From Anaerolineales bacterium (GTDB taxonomy: Bacteria; Chloroflexota; Anaerolineae; Anaerolineales; Villigracilaceae), in the NCBI GenBank assembly GCA_016934715.1, contig JAFGSI010000011.1, forward strand, positions 2,227-66,226: 64,000 bases of DNA. Reading direction: 5' to 3'. The notes beneath the pieces are model-generated. The model saw only the letters and a program-made list of their open reading frames with translations, was not told where the DNA came from and did no database searches. Position 1 is the stretch's first letter, and each line of letters starts with the position of its first letter. A program made the position numbers and the translations under genes. Of the stretch, positions 8,630 through 16,344 are shown piece by piece.

Positions 8630-8956
8630 ATGGAAAGCACGCTGTTTGTCGTTCTCGGTCTGCTGCTGCGGATCGGACTCCCGCTCGGGTTGACGATCCT
8701 GGTCTTTGCCCTGCTGCGCCGGTTGGACCAGCGCTGGCAGGCAGAGGCCAGGGCCTCCGTCCCGGTGGTCCCCGCCTCGCAGAAACCCTGTTGGGAGGTC
8801 AGGGGATGCCCGGAATGCCAAAGGAAGGATTGCCCGGCGGCGAAAAATGCCAGGACGCCCTGCTGGCAGACCTTCCGTTCCCGGGAAGGGACCTTGAAAG
8901 AGGCCTGTCTGGATTGCGACGTTTTCCGCCAGGCACCGCCTCCGGTGCGGGCGTGA
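8630..8956 (+). CDS. Small membrane-anchored Cys-rich protein (MESTL paralogue 2; two CW motifs, 7 Cys)
   Basis: 108 aa. An N-terminal TM segment MESTLFVVLGLLLRIGLPLGLTILVFALL is followed by PCWEVRGCPECQRKDCPAAKNARTPCWQTFRSREGTLKEACLDCDVF. It starts 6 nt after the stop of paralogue 1. Confidence 0.6.
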   Translation: MESTLFVVLGLLLRIGLPLGLTILVFALLRRLDQRWQAEARASVPVVPASQKPCWEVRGCPECQRKDCPAAKNARTPCWQTFRSREGTLKEACLDCDVFRQAPPPVRA

Positions 8957-8984
8957 TTTTTAGCCAAATGAGGAGATGCCGATT

Positions 8985-9926
8985 ATGAACAAACGCGAAC
9001 GTTTTGCCCTGGCAGCGGTTTTCGCCCTGCTGGCCGCGGGTGTGACCCTGGTGATGGTCCAGGCCAAGGCCGAGGCCCCGGCCCCAGCCGTCCAGGAACA
9101 GGAACCCTTGAACTGCTCCGAATGCCACCAGGACTTCCAGATGGAATGGGCCTCGGGGGCCCACTCATCGGCGACCAACGACCCGATCTTCGCCCAGGCC
9201 TGGGCCGATCAGGGTCAGCCCGGTGCCTGCATGGTCTGCCATGTCACCGGTTACGATCCCGGCACCGGCACCTGGGAACAGGACGGGGTGGCCTGCACAG
9301 CCTGCCACAACCCGGTCCCGACCAATCACCCCGAGGAACCCATGCCGGTGCAGGACACAACCGAACTCTGCGGCCAATGCCACAGCGACGCCCGCTTCGG
9401 ATGGCAGGAATGGCAGACCAGCACCCACTACCAGCGCGGCATGGACTGCACGGTCTGCCACGACCCGCACTCGGCCTCGCTCAAGAACGTCGAGGGCCTC
9501 GAGGCCCAAGGCCCCTCCGGCCTGTGCGTCAACTGCCACCGCGACTACAACATGGACTTCCCCTACTCCAATCATGCGATGGCCGGCCTGAACTGCGTCG
9601 ACTGTCACCTGCGCCACTTCGGCTCCTCTGGCGGCCGCACCATCCATACCATGCCCGATCACAGCTTCACCGCCAGCCTGACCTCCTGCACCTCCTGCCA
9701 CGACCGGGAAATGCACGGCCCGACCGATGCCGCAACCGGGGCCGAGATCACGACCCAGGCGGTTGTCCCGGCGACGAACGGCGCACTGGCCGAAGAACCC
9801 GCCCCGGTCAGCCCATACGGCTTCGCCGGCCTGGCCGGCCTGCTCGGGTTGGCTGGCGGCATGGTCCTGGCGCCCTGGTTGGAGCGAGCCTACCGCAAGC
9901 TGTCCCAAAAGGAAAAGTCGTCATGA
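8985..9926 (+). CDS. Octahaem c-type cytochrome with N-terminal signal/anchor and C-terminal TM helix
   Basis: Eight CxxCH motifs: CSECH, CMVCH, CTACH, CGQCH, CTVCH, CVNCH, CVDCH, CTSCH. The C-terminal hydrophobic stretch is GFAGLAGLLGLAGGMVLAPW. I chose the ATG at 8985, 9 nt after GAGGAG; the ORF opens at 8976. Confidence 0.85.
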   Translation: MNKRERFALAAVFALLAAGVTLVMVQAKAEAPAPAVQEQEPLNCSECHQDFQMEWASGAHSSATNDPIFAQAWADQGQPGACMVCHVTGYDPGTGTWEQDGVACTACHNPVPTNHPEEPMPVQDTTELCGQCHSDARFGWQEWQTSTHYQRGMDCTVCHDPHSASLKNVEGLEAQGPSGLCVNCHRDYNMDFPYSNHAMAGLNCVDCHLRHFGSSGGRTIHTMPDHSFTASLTSCTSCHDREMHGPTDAATGAEITTQAVVPATNGALAEEPAPVSPYGFAGLAGLLGLAGGMVLAPWLERAYRKLSQKEKSS

Positions 9927-10693
9927 GCGAAACCAACCTCAACCGTCGTGATTTCCTGAAACTGGCCGGCGTCAGCGTGGCCGCCATCGGTGGGTTGCAG
10001 ATCTACCGCCGGGCGGAGGCCTCCAGCGGAGGCCCGGAGGGCGAGCACCAGTGGGCAATGGTCGTCGACCAGTCCAGGTGCACCGGCTGCGATTACTGCA
10101 CCCTGGCCTGCCGGGCTCACAACGACATCAACCCCGAGATCTCCTGGAACCAGGTCATCGAAACAGGTGCGATCAGCGGCAAGCAGGTCTACCTCGCCCG
10201 GCCGTGCATGCACTGCGAACACGCCCCGTGTGTGGATGTCTGCCCGGTGCAGGCCAGCACCTACCGCCCGGACGGCATCGTGCAGATGGATTACGATCGC
10301 TGCATCGGCTGCCGCTACTGCGAGGTGGCCTGCCCCTACGGGGCGCGCTCCTTCAACTGGGAGGCCTTCACCGGTCGCAACCCGGCCGTCCCGCAGTGGG
10401 GGCAGCCCGAGGTCGCCCGTCGCCCGCGCGGCGTGGTCGAGAAGTGCTCCTTCTGCTCCCAGCGCATCGACCGCGGCCTGGCGCTCGGCCTGACCCCCGG
10501 CATCGATCCCGACGCCACCCCGGCCTGCGTGGTACGCTGCCCGACCGGGGCGCGCATTTTTGGCGATCTGAAGGACCCCGAATCAAATGTCAGCCAGCTC
10601 CTGCGTGGGCATGCCTCTTTCCGCCTGCGCGAAGACCTGGGCACCAGGCCGCGGGTCTACTACCTGCCGCCCAATGGCTCCCCGGAGGCCTGA
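9923..10693 (+). CDS. 4Fe-4S ferredoxin-type iron-sulfur subunit (NrfC/HmcB/PsrB/DmsB family) with Tat signal
   Basis: MSETNLNRRDFLKLAG is a twin-arginine signal. The Cys clusters are CTGCDYCTLAC, CMHCEHAPCVDVCP, CIGCRYCEVACP and CSFC..CVVRCP. An ATGA overlap links it to the upstream cytochrome stop. Confidence 0.85.
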   Translation: MSETNLNRRDFLKLAGVSVAAIGGLQIYRRAEASSGGPEGEHQWAMVVDQSRCTGCDYCTLACRAHNDINPEISWNQVIETGAISGKQVYLARPCMHCEHAPCVDVCPVQASTYRPDGIVQMDYDRCIGCRYCEVACPYGARSFNWEAFTGRNPAVPQWGQPEVARRPRGVVEKCSFCSQRIDRGLALGLTPGIDPDATPACVVRCPTGARIFGDLKDPESNVSQLLRGHASFRLREDLGTRPRVYYLPPNGSPEA

Positions 10694-10694
10694 G

Positions 10695-11954
10695 ATGAAG
10701 AAGATCGCCAAACTGAAACTGACCCCCTGGATGGCCTGGGTCGGCCTGCTGGTCACGGTCATCGCCGCCGGTGTGGCAGCCGGGCTGATGGTCTTCGTGA
10801 AGGGGCTCTCGCTCACCAATCTGACCGACATGGTGCCCTGGGGCCTGTGGATCACGATCGACCTGTCGTCGATCGCCATCAGTGCCGGCGCCTTCAGCCT
10901 GTGTGCGGCTGTCTACCTGCTGGGCCTCAAGCGCTATCAACCGTTGGCTCGCACGGCGACCTTCATCGGCCTGATCGGCTACACCATGGCCCTGTTGACC
11001 CTGCTGATGGACATTGGCCGCCCCGACCGATTCTGGCACGCGGTGGTCTACTGGAACCGGCACTCGCTGCTCTGGGAAGTGACCATGTGCGTCACGCTTT
11101 ACCTGGCCGTGCTGGCGCTGGAAGCGATGCCGATCTTTGCCCAGTTCGAGTGGCTGCGTACCCGCCTGCCCAGACTGGCCGCCAGGATGGAACGCGTCCA
11201 CCACTACGCACCCTACCTGGCGATCGTCGGGTTGGGGCTGTCGATGCTGCACCAGTCCTCGCTGGGGGCGGTCTACGGCGTGCTCAAGTCACGCCCGTTG
11301 TGGTACCGGCCCGACATCTCGATCCTGTTCATCGTCTCGGCCGTGGCCGGCGGGATGGCCCTGACCGTCTTCGCCTCGATGCTCTCGGCCCGCATCACCC
11401 GGCGTGCCAACATCGACGACGGGCTGCTCGAGCGGGTGGCGTATTTCATCGGCTGGATCCTGGTCGGCTACCTGTATTTCCGCTTCTGGGACGCCCTGTC
11501 AATGACTTACACTTACGAACCCGGCCGGACCGAGGGCCTGCGCATGCTGACCAGCGGCCCGTTCGCCTTCAACTTCTGGATCGGCGAGATGCTGCTGGGG
11601 GCGGTGGTTCCGATCCTCCTGCTGCTGCGCCGCCGGACCCGTCAGGTTCCCTTCTGGCGCATGCTGGCCCTGCTGCTGGTCGTCGGCGGCGTGGTGGCCT
11701 ACCGCTGGGACACCAACCTGTCCGGCCAGTTGATCGTGCTGTCCTATCTGCCGGGTGAACCGGCGGTCGCCTACACCCACTACGTCCCTTCACTGATCGA
11801 GTTCGCCAGCGGGGCGGGCGTGGTGGCCTACGGCCTGCTGGCCTTCTCGCTCGGCGTGCGCTACCTCGGGGTGGTCAACCACGAAGCAGCCGCCGAGGAG
11901 CACTTCGAGGAGATGCCGGCCCGCGAGGCCCTCCCGGCCCCGACCGGAGATTGA
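10695..11954 (+). CDS. NrfD/PsrC/HmcC-family polytopic membrane quinone-interacting subunit
   Basis: 419 aa and highly hydrophobic. VPWGLWITIDLSSIAISAGAF and DIGRPDRFWH are typical NrfD-family motifs. GGAGG lies 6 nt upstream of the ATG. Confidence 0.8.
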   Translation: MKKIAKLKLTPWMAWVGLLVTVIAAGVAAGLMVFVKGLSLTNLTDMVPWGLWITIDLSSIAISAGAFSLCAAVYLLGLKRYQPLARTATFIGLIGYTMALLTLLMDIGRPDRFWHAVVYWNRHSLLWEVTMCVTLYLAVLALEAMPIFAQFEWLRTRLPRLAARMERVHHYAPYLAIVGLGLSMLHQSSLGAVYGVLKSRPLWYRPDISILFIVSAVAGGMALTVFASMLSARITRRANIDDGLLERVAYFIGWILVGYLYFRFWDALSMTYTYEPGRTEGLRMLTSGPFAFNFWIGEMLLGAVVPILLLLRRRTRQVPFWRMLALLLVVGGVVAYRWDTNLSGQLIVLSYLPGEPAVAYTHYVPSLIEFASGAGVVAYGLLAFSLGVRYLGVVNHEAAAEEHFEEMPAREALPAPTGD

Positions 11955-11973
11955 AGTCCCGGATGCACTGACA

Positions 11974-12010
11974 GATCGGGACGCAGCGTCGCTGCGTCCC
12001 GATCTTGTTA
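11974..12010 (+). terminator. Stem-loop terminator between convergent cytochrome operons
   Basis: gatcgggacgcagc / gctgcgtcccgatc forms a ~13-14 bp stem, followed by ttgtta. Confidence 0.6.
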
Positions 12011-12050
12011 CCCTGCTCCTTGCAGAAATCGCTGAACGGATCCAAGAAAA

Positions 12051-13748
12051 CTATTGTTCCGGCGCGCCGGCCAGGATCCATTGGATCACGATGTCCAGCT
12101 CCTCGGGCGACAGGTTGACGAAGTGGCTGCCGCGCTGGACCTGGACCAGCAGGCTGGCGTCAGGATTCCCGGCCAGGATCACCGGCCCGTCGTCCCCGCC
12201 AGCCACCGCACCGGAGTGGGTGCTCAGGTCAAGCCCGGCGTTCGGGGCGGCGGGATTGTGGCAGGCGGCACAGCGCAGGGAAAAGAGCGGACCCACATTC
12301 GCGGCAAAGGTCGGCGTCCCGACCACCGCAGCCAGGGTCGGCTCGGGGGAGGGGGGCGGCAGCTGATCGCGCAGGGTCTCGCGCAGGGCCGGGGCGTCGA
12401 AGGCGGCGTACGTGTAGGCGCTGCCATGACAGGCGCTGTTCGAGCAGAAGGAGGTGTTGGATGTTCCGCCCGGATCGCCGGTGGTGTGGCAGTTGGAGCA
12501 GGTGGCGTCGAAGACCGCGTTGTGCAAGGCGATCCAGTTGGGGTTGAGGTGCGACCCGGGCTCCGGCCCGCGGCTGATCTCGATAGTGGCGACGAAATCG
12601 CCCTCCCCGGCCACGACCGGGATCGAGTGGCACAGGTTGCACTCCAGGCGGATGGCTTCCTGGTCCAGGTTCAGGTGCGTGCCGTCATGGCAGCGGAAGC
12701 AGCCGGGAGCGGTGATGTGGCCAAGGTTGTTCGGATGGGTCGTCCAGTCGACCTGCTGGTCGTGGAAGACCGAGCGGTCATAGATCTCCTGCACGACGAT
12801 CACCGCCGCCGCGAGCTGCTCCTGGTTCCCGGCAAAAAACTCCGGCAGGTTCTGGCGGTAATAATCGGTCAGGCTGGCGATCCCCTCCATGGCCGCAGCC
12901 CGGGATTCGTAGCCAGCCTTGAGCACCCGCAGCGCCTGGCGGCGGATCTGGGGGATGCCGGCATCGATCAACCCCAGGGTCAGGGCCCGGTCGACCGACT
13001 CTTCGGGGGTCAGGAACGCGTGCGTGACCCGGTTGTGACAGGTGATGCAGTCCATCTCGATCAGCTGACTCTCGTCGAGCGTTGCCGGGTCGAAGTCGGA
13101 TTCAATATCGATGTACTCGGTAGAAGTGCCGTCGTTGTTGACCACCCGCACATAAGGGATCTCCTGGCGGGCCAGGTCATTGGCGTAGTAATAGACCGGG
13201 TTCTCGATATGCCAGTGGATGCCGCGTCCCAGCCCCTCGCGGGCGCTGCCGCCCCCGGTGTGCATGATCAGGTAGGTGTCGGCCTGGGTGTTGCCGTTAT
13301 CGTTGCCGAAATGGGTGATCACCCGCAGGCTGTCGTCGGAGAAGGTCTGCGGGGCATGGCAGCGCTCACAGGTCACCTGCGCCGGACGCGAGCGGGTGGC
13401 CCGGATGGGGAATTCATAGGTCTGGAAGACCATGGCGGTGAGCTCGCGCACGTCCTCCGATTTGCGGCGCAGCTGCTCCCCGAGCGAGGCGCGCCCGATG
13501 TGGCACTCGCTGCAATAGACATTGGCATGCGGCGAGAGCAGGTAGGTCACATCCTGGGGCGGCATGGTGTGGCAGGCCGTCCCGCAGAAGGTCGGGGAGT
13601 TGGTGTATTCCCAACCGTACGTGCCGCCGACCACCAACCCGATGGCCAGCAGGCCGAGAATGGCATAGGGCAGGATGGTGACCCAGCGCGGTGAACCCGC
13701 CGGCGGGAAGAAAAAATTCCGGGTCGCCTGCTTGAAGCGTTTGACCAT
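12051..13748 (-). CDS. Membrane-anchored multihaem cytochrome: NapC/NirT-like N-terminus, extra haem sites and a C-terminal PSCyt1-like monohaem module
   Basis: A TM segment ILPYAILGLLAIGLVVGG is followed by CGTACH, CSECH, CERCH, CITCH, CFRCH, CNLCH, CSNCH, CSNSACH (CX4CH) and CAACH. The C-terminus is GPLFSLRCAACH...ILAGNPDASLL...WILAGAPEQ. I chose the ATG at 13748, 8 nt after GGAGG. Confidence 0.8.
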   Translation of the reverse strand: MVKRFKQATRNFFFPPAGSPRWVTILPYAILGLLAIGLVVGGTYGWEYTNSPTFCGTACHTMPPQDVTYLLSPHANVYCSECHIGRASLGEQLRRKSEDVRELTAMVFQTYEFPIRATRSRPAQVTCERCHAPQTFSDDSLRVITHFGNDNGNTQADTYLIMHTGGGSAREGLGRGIHWHIENPVYYYANDLARQEIPYVRVVNNDGTSTEYIDIESDFDPATLDESQLIEMDCITCHNRVTHAFLTPEESVDRALTLGLIDAGIPQIRRQALRVLKAGYESRAAAMEGIASLTDYYRQNLPEFFAGNQEQLAAAVIVVQEIYDRSVFHDQQVDWTTHPNNLGHITAPGCFRCHDGTHLNLDQEAIRLECNLCHSIPVVAGEGDFVATIEISRGPEPGSHLNPNWIALHNAVFDATCSNCHTTGDPGGTSNTSFCSNSACHGSAYTYAAFDAPALRETLRDQLPPPSPEPTLAAVVGTPTFAANVGPLFSLRCAACHNPAAPNAGLDLSTHSGAVAGGDDGPVILAGNPDASLLVQVQRGSHFVNLSPEELDIVIQWILAGAPEQ

Positions 13749-13828
13749 GTGCGCCACCTCCAGAATAAATGGAGCGGGCTTCCAGGCCCTTGGCGCGGCC
13801 TGGAGGCCGGATCCTACCTGTAATTATA

Positions 13829-15055
13829 TTACCGTTCCGGGGCCCCGGCGTCGATCCAGTCGCGGACCCGCTCCAGATCTGCGGAACGCAATGTGGCAGG
13901 ATGGCTGCCCTCTGCCTGGACGAGGACCAGCAGGCTGTTGATGCTGTCACCCGGCAGGATCACCGCTCCGTTACTGCCGCCCTGCAGGGCCTCGGCATAG
14001 CTGGTCAGCGACAGGCCAGTCGGTGCGCGGCTGGCATGGCAGATGCCGCATTGCTGCTGGAACAGGGGCCCGATGGCGGCCTCCCAGGTCAGGGGACCCG
14101 GAGCCGGGGTCGGGAGCGGGGTTGGGGTCTGCGGGACGAAGATCTCGATCTGGGTTTCGGGCGGGGCGATCGTGGCGGTTGTCTCGGCGCCGACGAAGCC
14201 GTAGACGCCGAACAGCATGGCAACCGTCAACAGGCCGGCGATCGGCCAGTAGATGCGCTGGCGACGGCGCAGGGTCCGGGAGTCGACCGGCCGCTCGGCC
14301 AGCCCGGCCTTGATGTCGGCCAGTTCGAGAGGATGCTCGTGCAGCATCTCCTCCTCGCTCAGCCTGCCGGTGAACATGCTCTTGTTGAACCTGCGGATGT
14401 GGACACTGTACATGTGCCAGATGAAGATGGCTGCCACCGCCAGCAGGGCCTCGCCGCCATGGGCCGCCTTGGCTGCCGGGATGGCCTCGCCGGGCAGGAT
14501 CCGGGCAGTGGCGATCGGGTTCCACATCATGAAGCCGGTCAGGCCCATGATGATCGTGCCCCACACCAGGGCCCAGTATTCCAGCTTCTCTTCGAAAGTG
14601 TAGCGGCCCATCTGCGGACGGGTCCTGGCAACCCCCAGGTTGTACAGGAAAGCCTGCCAGGCATCCTTGACATCCTTGATGACGGGCAGCATCGTCAGCG
14701 GGACACGCAGGACGAAGATCTTGGAACCGATGTCGATGATGTGGTAGATGGTCAAAAGCATCAGCACCACGGCGAAAACGTGGTGGAGGCTGCGGGTCAT
14801 TTCGATGCCGCCGAAGAAGCGGATCATCGCCTGGGCCCAGCCGGCCAGCGGAAACTTCTGTGGCAGGCCGGTGAGCCCCAGCAGTGAGAAGGAGGTCAGG
14901 AGCAGGAAGTGGGCAATCCGCTGAGTCCAGTGGAAGCGCGCGTAGACCGCCGGCTGCTTCTTGGCCGGGGCTTTCGTCCTTCCGATCGCCTTCCCCTTGG
15001 CGGTCCCTTTCTTCACTGCCGGGGCCGCCGGTTTGGGAGTGGATTTCTTGCTCAT
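13829..15055 (-). CDS. b-type cytochrome (FdnI/HydC-like membrane dihaem family) fused to a C-terminal PSCyt1-like c-type monohaem module
   Basis: A Lys-rich N-terminus is followed by RFHWTQRIAHFLLLTSFSLLGLTGL and further TM helices with conserved His residues. The C-terminus is GPLFQQQCGICH...ILPGDSINSLL...WIDAGAPER. An ATGA overlap links it to the upstream gene. Confidence 0.75.
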   Translation of the reverse strand: MSKKSTPKPAAPAVKKGTAKGKAIGRTKAPAKKQPAVYARFHWTQRIAHFLLLTSFSLLGLTGLPQKFPLAGWAQAMIRFFGGIEMTRSLHHVFAVVLMLLTIYHIIDIGSKIFVLRVPLTMLPVIKDVKDAWQAFLYNLGVARTRPQMGRYTFEEKLEYWALVWGTIIMGLTGFMMWNPIATARILPGEAIPAAKAAHGGEALLAVAAIFIWHMYSVHIRRFNKSMFTGRLSEEEMLHEHPLELADIKAGLAERPVDSRTLRRRQRIYWPIAGLLTVAMLFGVYGFVGAETTATIAPPETQIEIFVPQTPTPLPTPAPGPLTWEAAIGPLFQQQCGICHASRAPTGLSLTSYAEALQGGSNGAVILPGDSINSLLVLVQAEGSHPATLRSADLERVRDWIDAGAPER

Positions 15056-16212
15056 ACGCGCTTCGCTCCTTTACGACGGTCGATCAACCGGCGGACAAAG
15101 TCGCTGATGACGAAGAGGATCATCGGGCCGAGCACACCAGGGATGAAGAATTTGTAGAACAGGTTGACATAGTAAACCAGCGGGTAATTCTGCGAATCGG
15201 GGATGTAATGGCTCATCCAGGCGTCGGGGAAGTTCGCGCTGGCATCGGGGTGGCACTGCTGGCAGCGAATCAGGATGTTCTCCTTCATTGCCAGGCCGTT
15301 GACCGGATCATCCACCGGGGCGATGGCGTGGATGCCGTGGCAGTCATAGCAGACCGGCTTGTTGGTCGGCTGGTCAGGCGAGGTGCTTTCGAACAGGGTG
15401 ACGGTCGTGCCGTGGAAGTCGGCCACGTAGGTGTTCAGGACCTGGGTCGAGATGCCGTACGGCTGCATGCGCTCGGGATCCGTGTGGCAGCCGGCACACA
15501 ACAGCGGCGAGTTGAGCCGGAATTCGTTGGTCGTCGGATCGCCGATGTCGTGGACGCCGTGGCAGTCCATGCAGGTCGGGACATCGGGATTGCCCTCCCC
15601 GGTCAGGGCCGCGCCGTGTACGCTGTGCGCATACTGATCGTAGATGGTGCTGTGGCAGCGGGCACAGGTCTGCGGAATGTGCAGGCGCGCCTCCGGAAGC
15701 AGGGTGCCACTGCGGTCGGTGATCGGGGTCTGGGTGTGAGGGTTGTGGCAGTCGGTGCAGACGGCGGCGTTGGTGTTCCCGCCCGCCAGGGCTCGCTGGT
15801 GGACCGAGTCGAGGGTCGCGTCGTACTGTTCGGCGTGGCAGGCCTGACAGACAGTGTACATCTCGAGGGTGTATTCGCGCGCGCTGCGGGCAGTCAGTTC
15901 GGGGTGCGGGAACTGGGAAATGGTGGTATGACAATCTGTACAGGGCAGGTTGCTGTGGACCGAGTCGTCGTAGTGGGCCGGGTCGATGGTCAGGACCAGG
16001 GCCCCCCCGTCGGGCAGCGGGCGCTGCTGGCCGGGCCGGCCATGACAGGTCAGGCAGGCCTCGTTCTGGGGCAGGTCCGCCGGGAGGGGAGAGGGGGAGG
16101 CTCCCGCCGGCCTGGTCAGGATCGCCAGGACCGTCCCCAGCAGCGCGATCCCGACCACGAAGATCGGGATGCGCAGCCTGCGGGTGGAAGAATGGGTACC
16201 GGGTGCGTGCAT
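15052..16212 (-). CDS. Nonahaem c-type cytochrome with N-terminal anchor and C-terminal TM helix
   Basis: Nine CxxCH motifs: CLTCH, CTDCH, CQACH, CTDCH, CARCH, CMDCH, CAGCH, CYDCH, CQQCH. The C-terminal hydrophobic stretch is FFIPGVLGPMILFVISDF. I chose the ATG at 16212, 6 nt after GGGAG. Confidence 0.85.
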   Translation of the reverse strand: MHAPGTHSSTRRLRIPIFVVGIALLGTVLAILTRPAGASPSPLPADLPQNEACLTCHGRPGQQRPLPDGGALVLTIDPAHYDDSVHSNLPCTDCHTTISQFPHPELTARSAREYTLEMYTVCQACHAEQYDATLDSVHQRALAGGNTNAAVCTDCHNPHTQTPITDRSGTLLPEARLHIPQTCARCHSTIYDQYAHSVHGAALTGEGNPDVPTCMDCHGVHDIGDPTTNEFRLNSPLLCAGCHTDPERMQPYGISTQVLNTYVADFHGTTVTLFESTSPDQPTNKPVCYDCHGIHAIAPVDDPVNGLAMKENILIRCQQCHPDASANFPDAWMSHYIPDSQNYPLVYYVNLFYKFFIPGVLGPMILFVISDFVRRLIDRRKGAKRV

Positions 16213-16287
16213 TGCGTTCTCCCTTGGGAAATTTGGATCACGAATGAGTGCTGGAAAAACACGGCGGGCCTGGGATGGGCCGTCCCC

Positions 16288-16331
16288 AACCAAAAGAGGA
16301 GAAGCGAGGGCAGGCGGCCTGCCCTCGCTTC
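16288..16331 (-). terminator. Rho-independent terminator after the decahaem lipoprotein gene
   Basis: A near-perfect palindrome gaagcgagggcaggc g gcctgccctcgcttc. On the minus strand it is followed by TCCTCTTTTGG. Confidence 0.65.
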
Positions 16332-16344
16332 CGATCGAACTGGA

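Noticed and set aside
8985-11954. Calling the octahaem-NrfC-NrfD module Alternative Complex III or a Nrf nitrite reductase
   Set aside because: There is no ActB-type molybdopterin-like domain, no second NrfD-like subunit and no monohaem ActE. No CxxCK haem motif (the NrfA signature) occurs in any cytochrome of the window.
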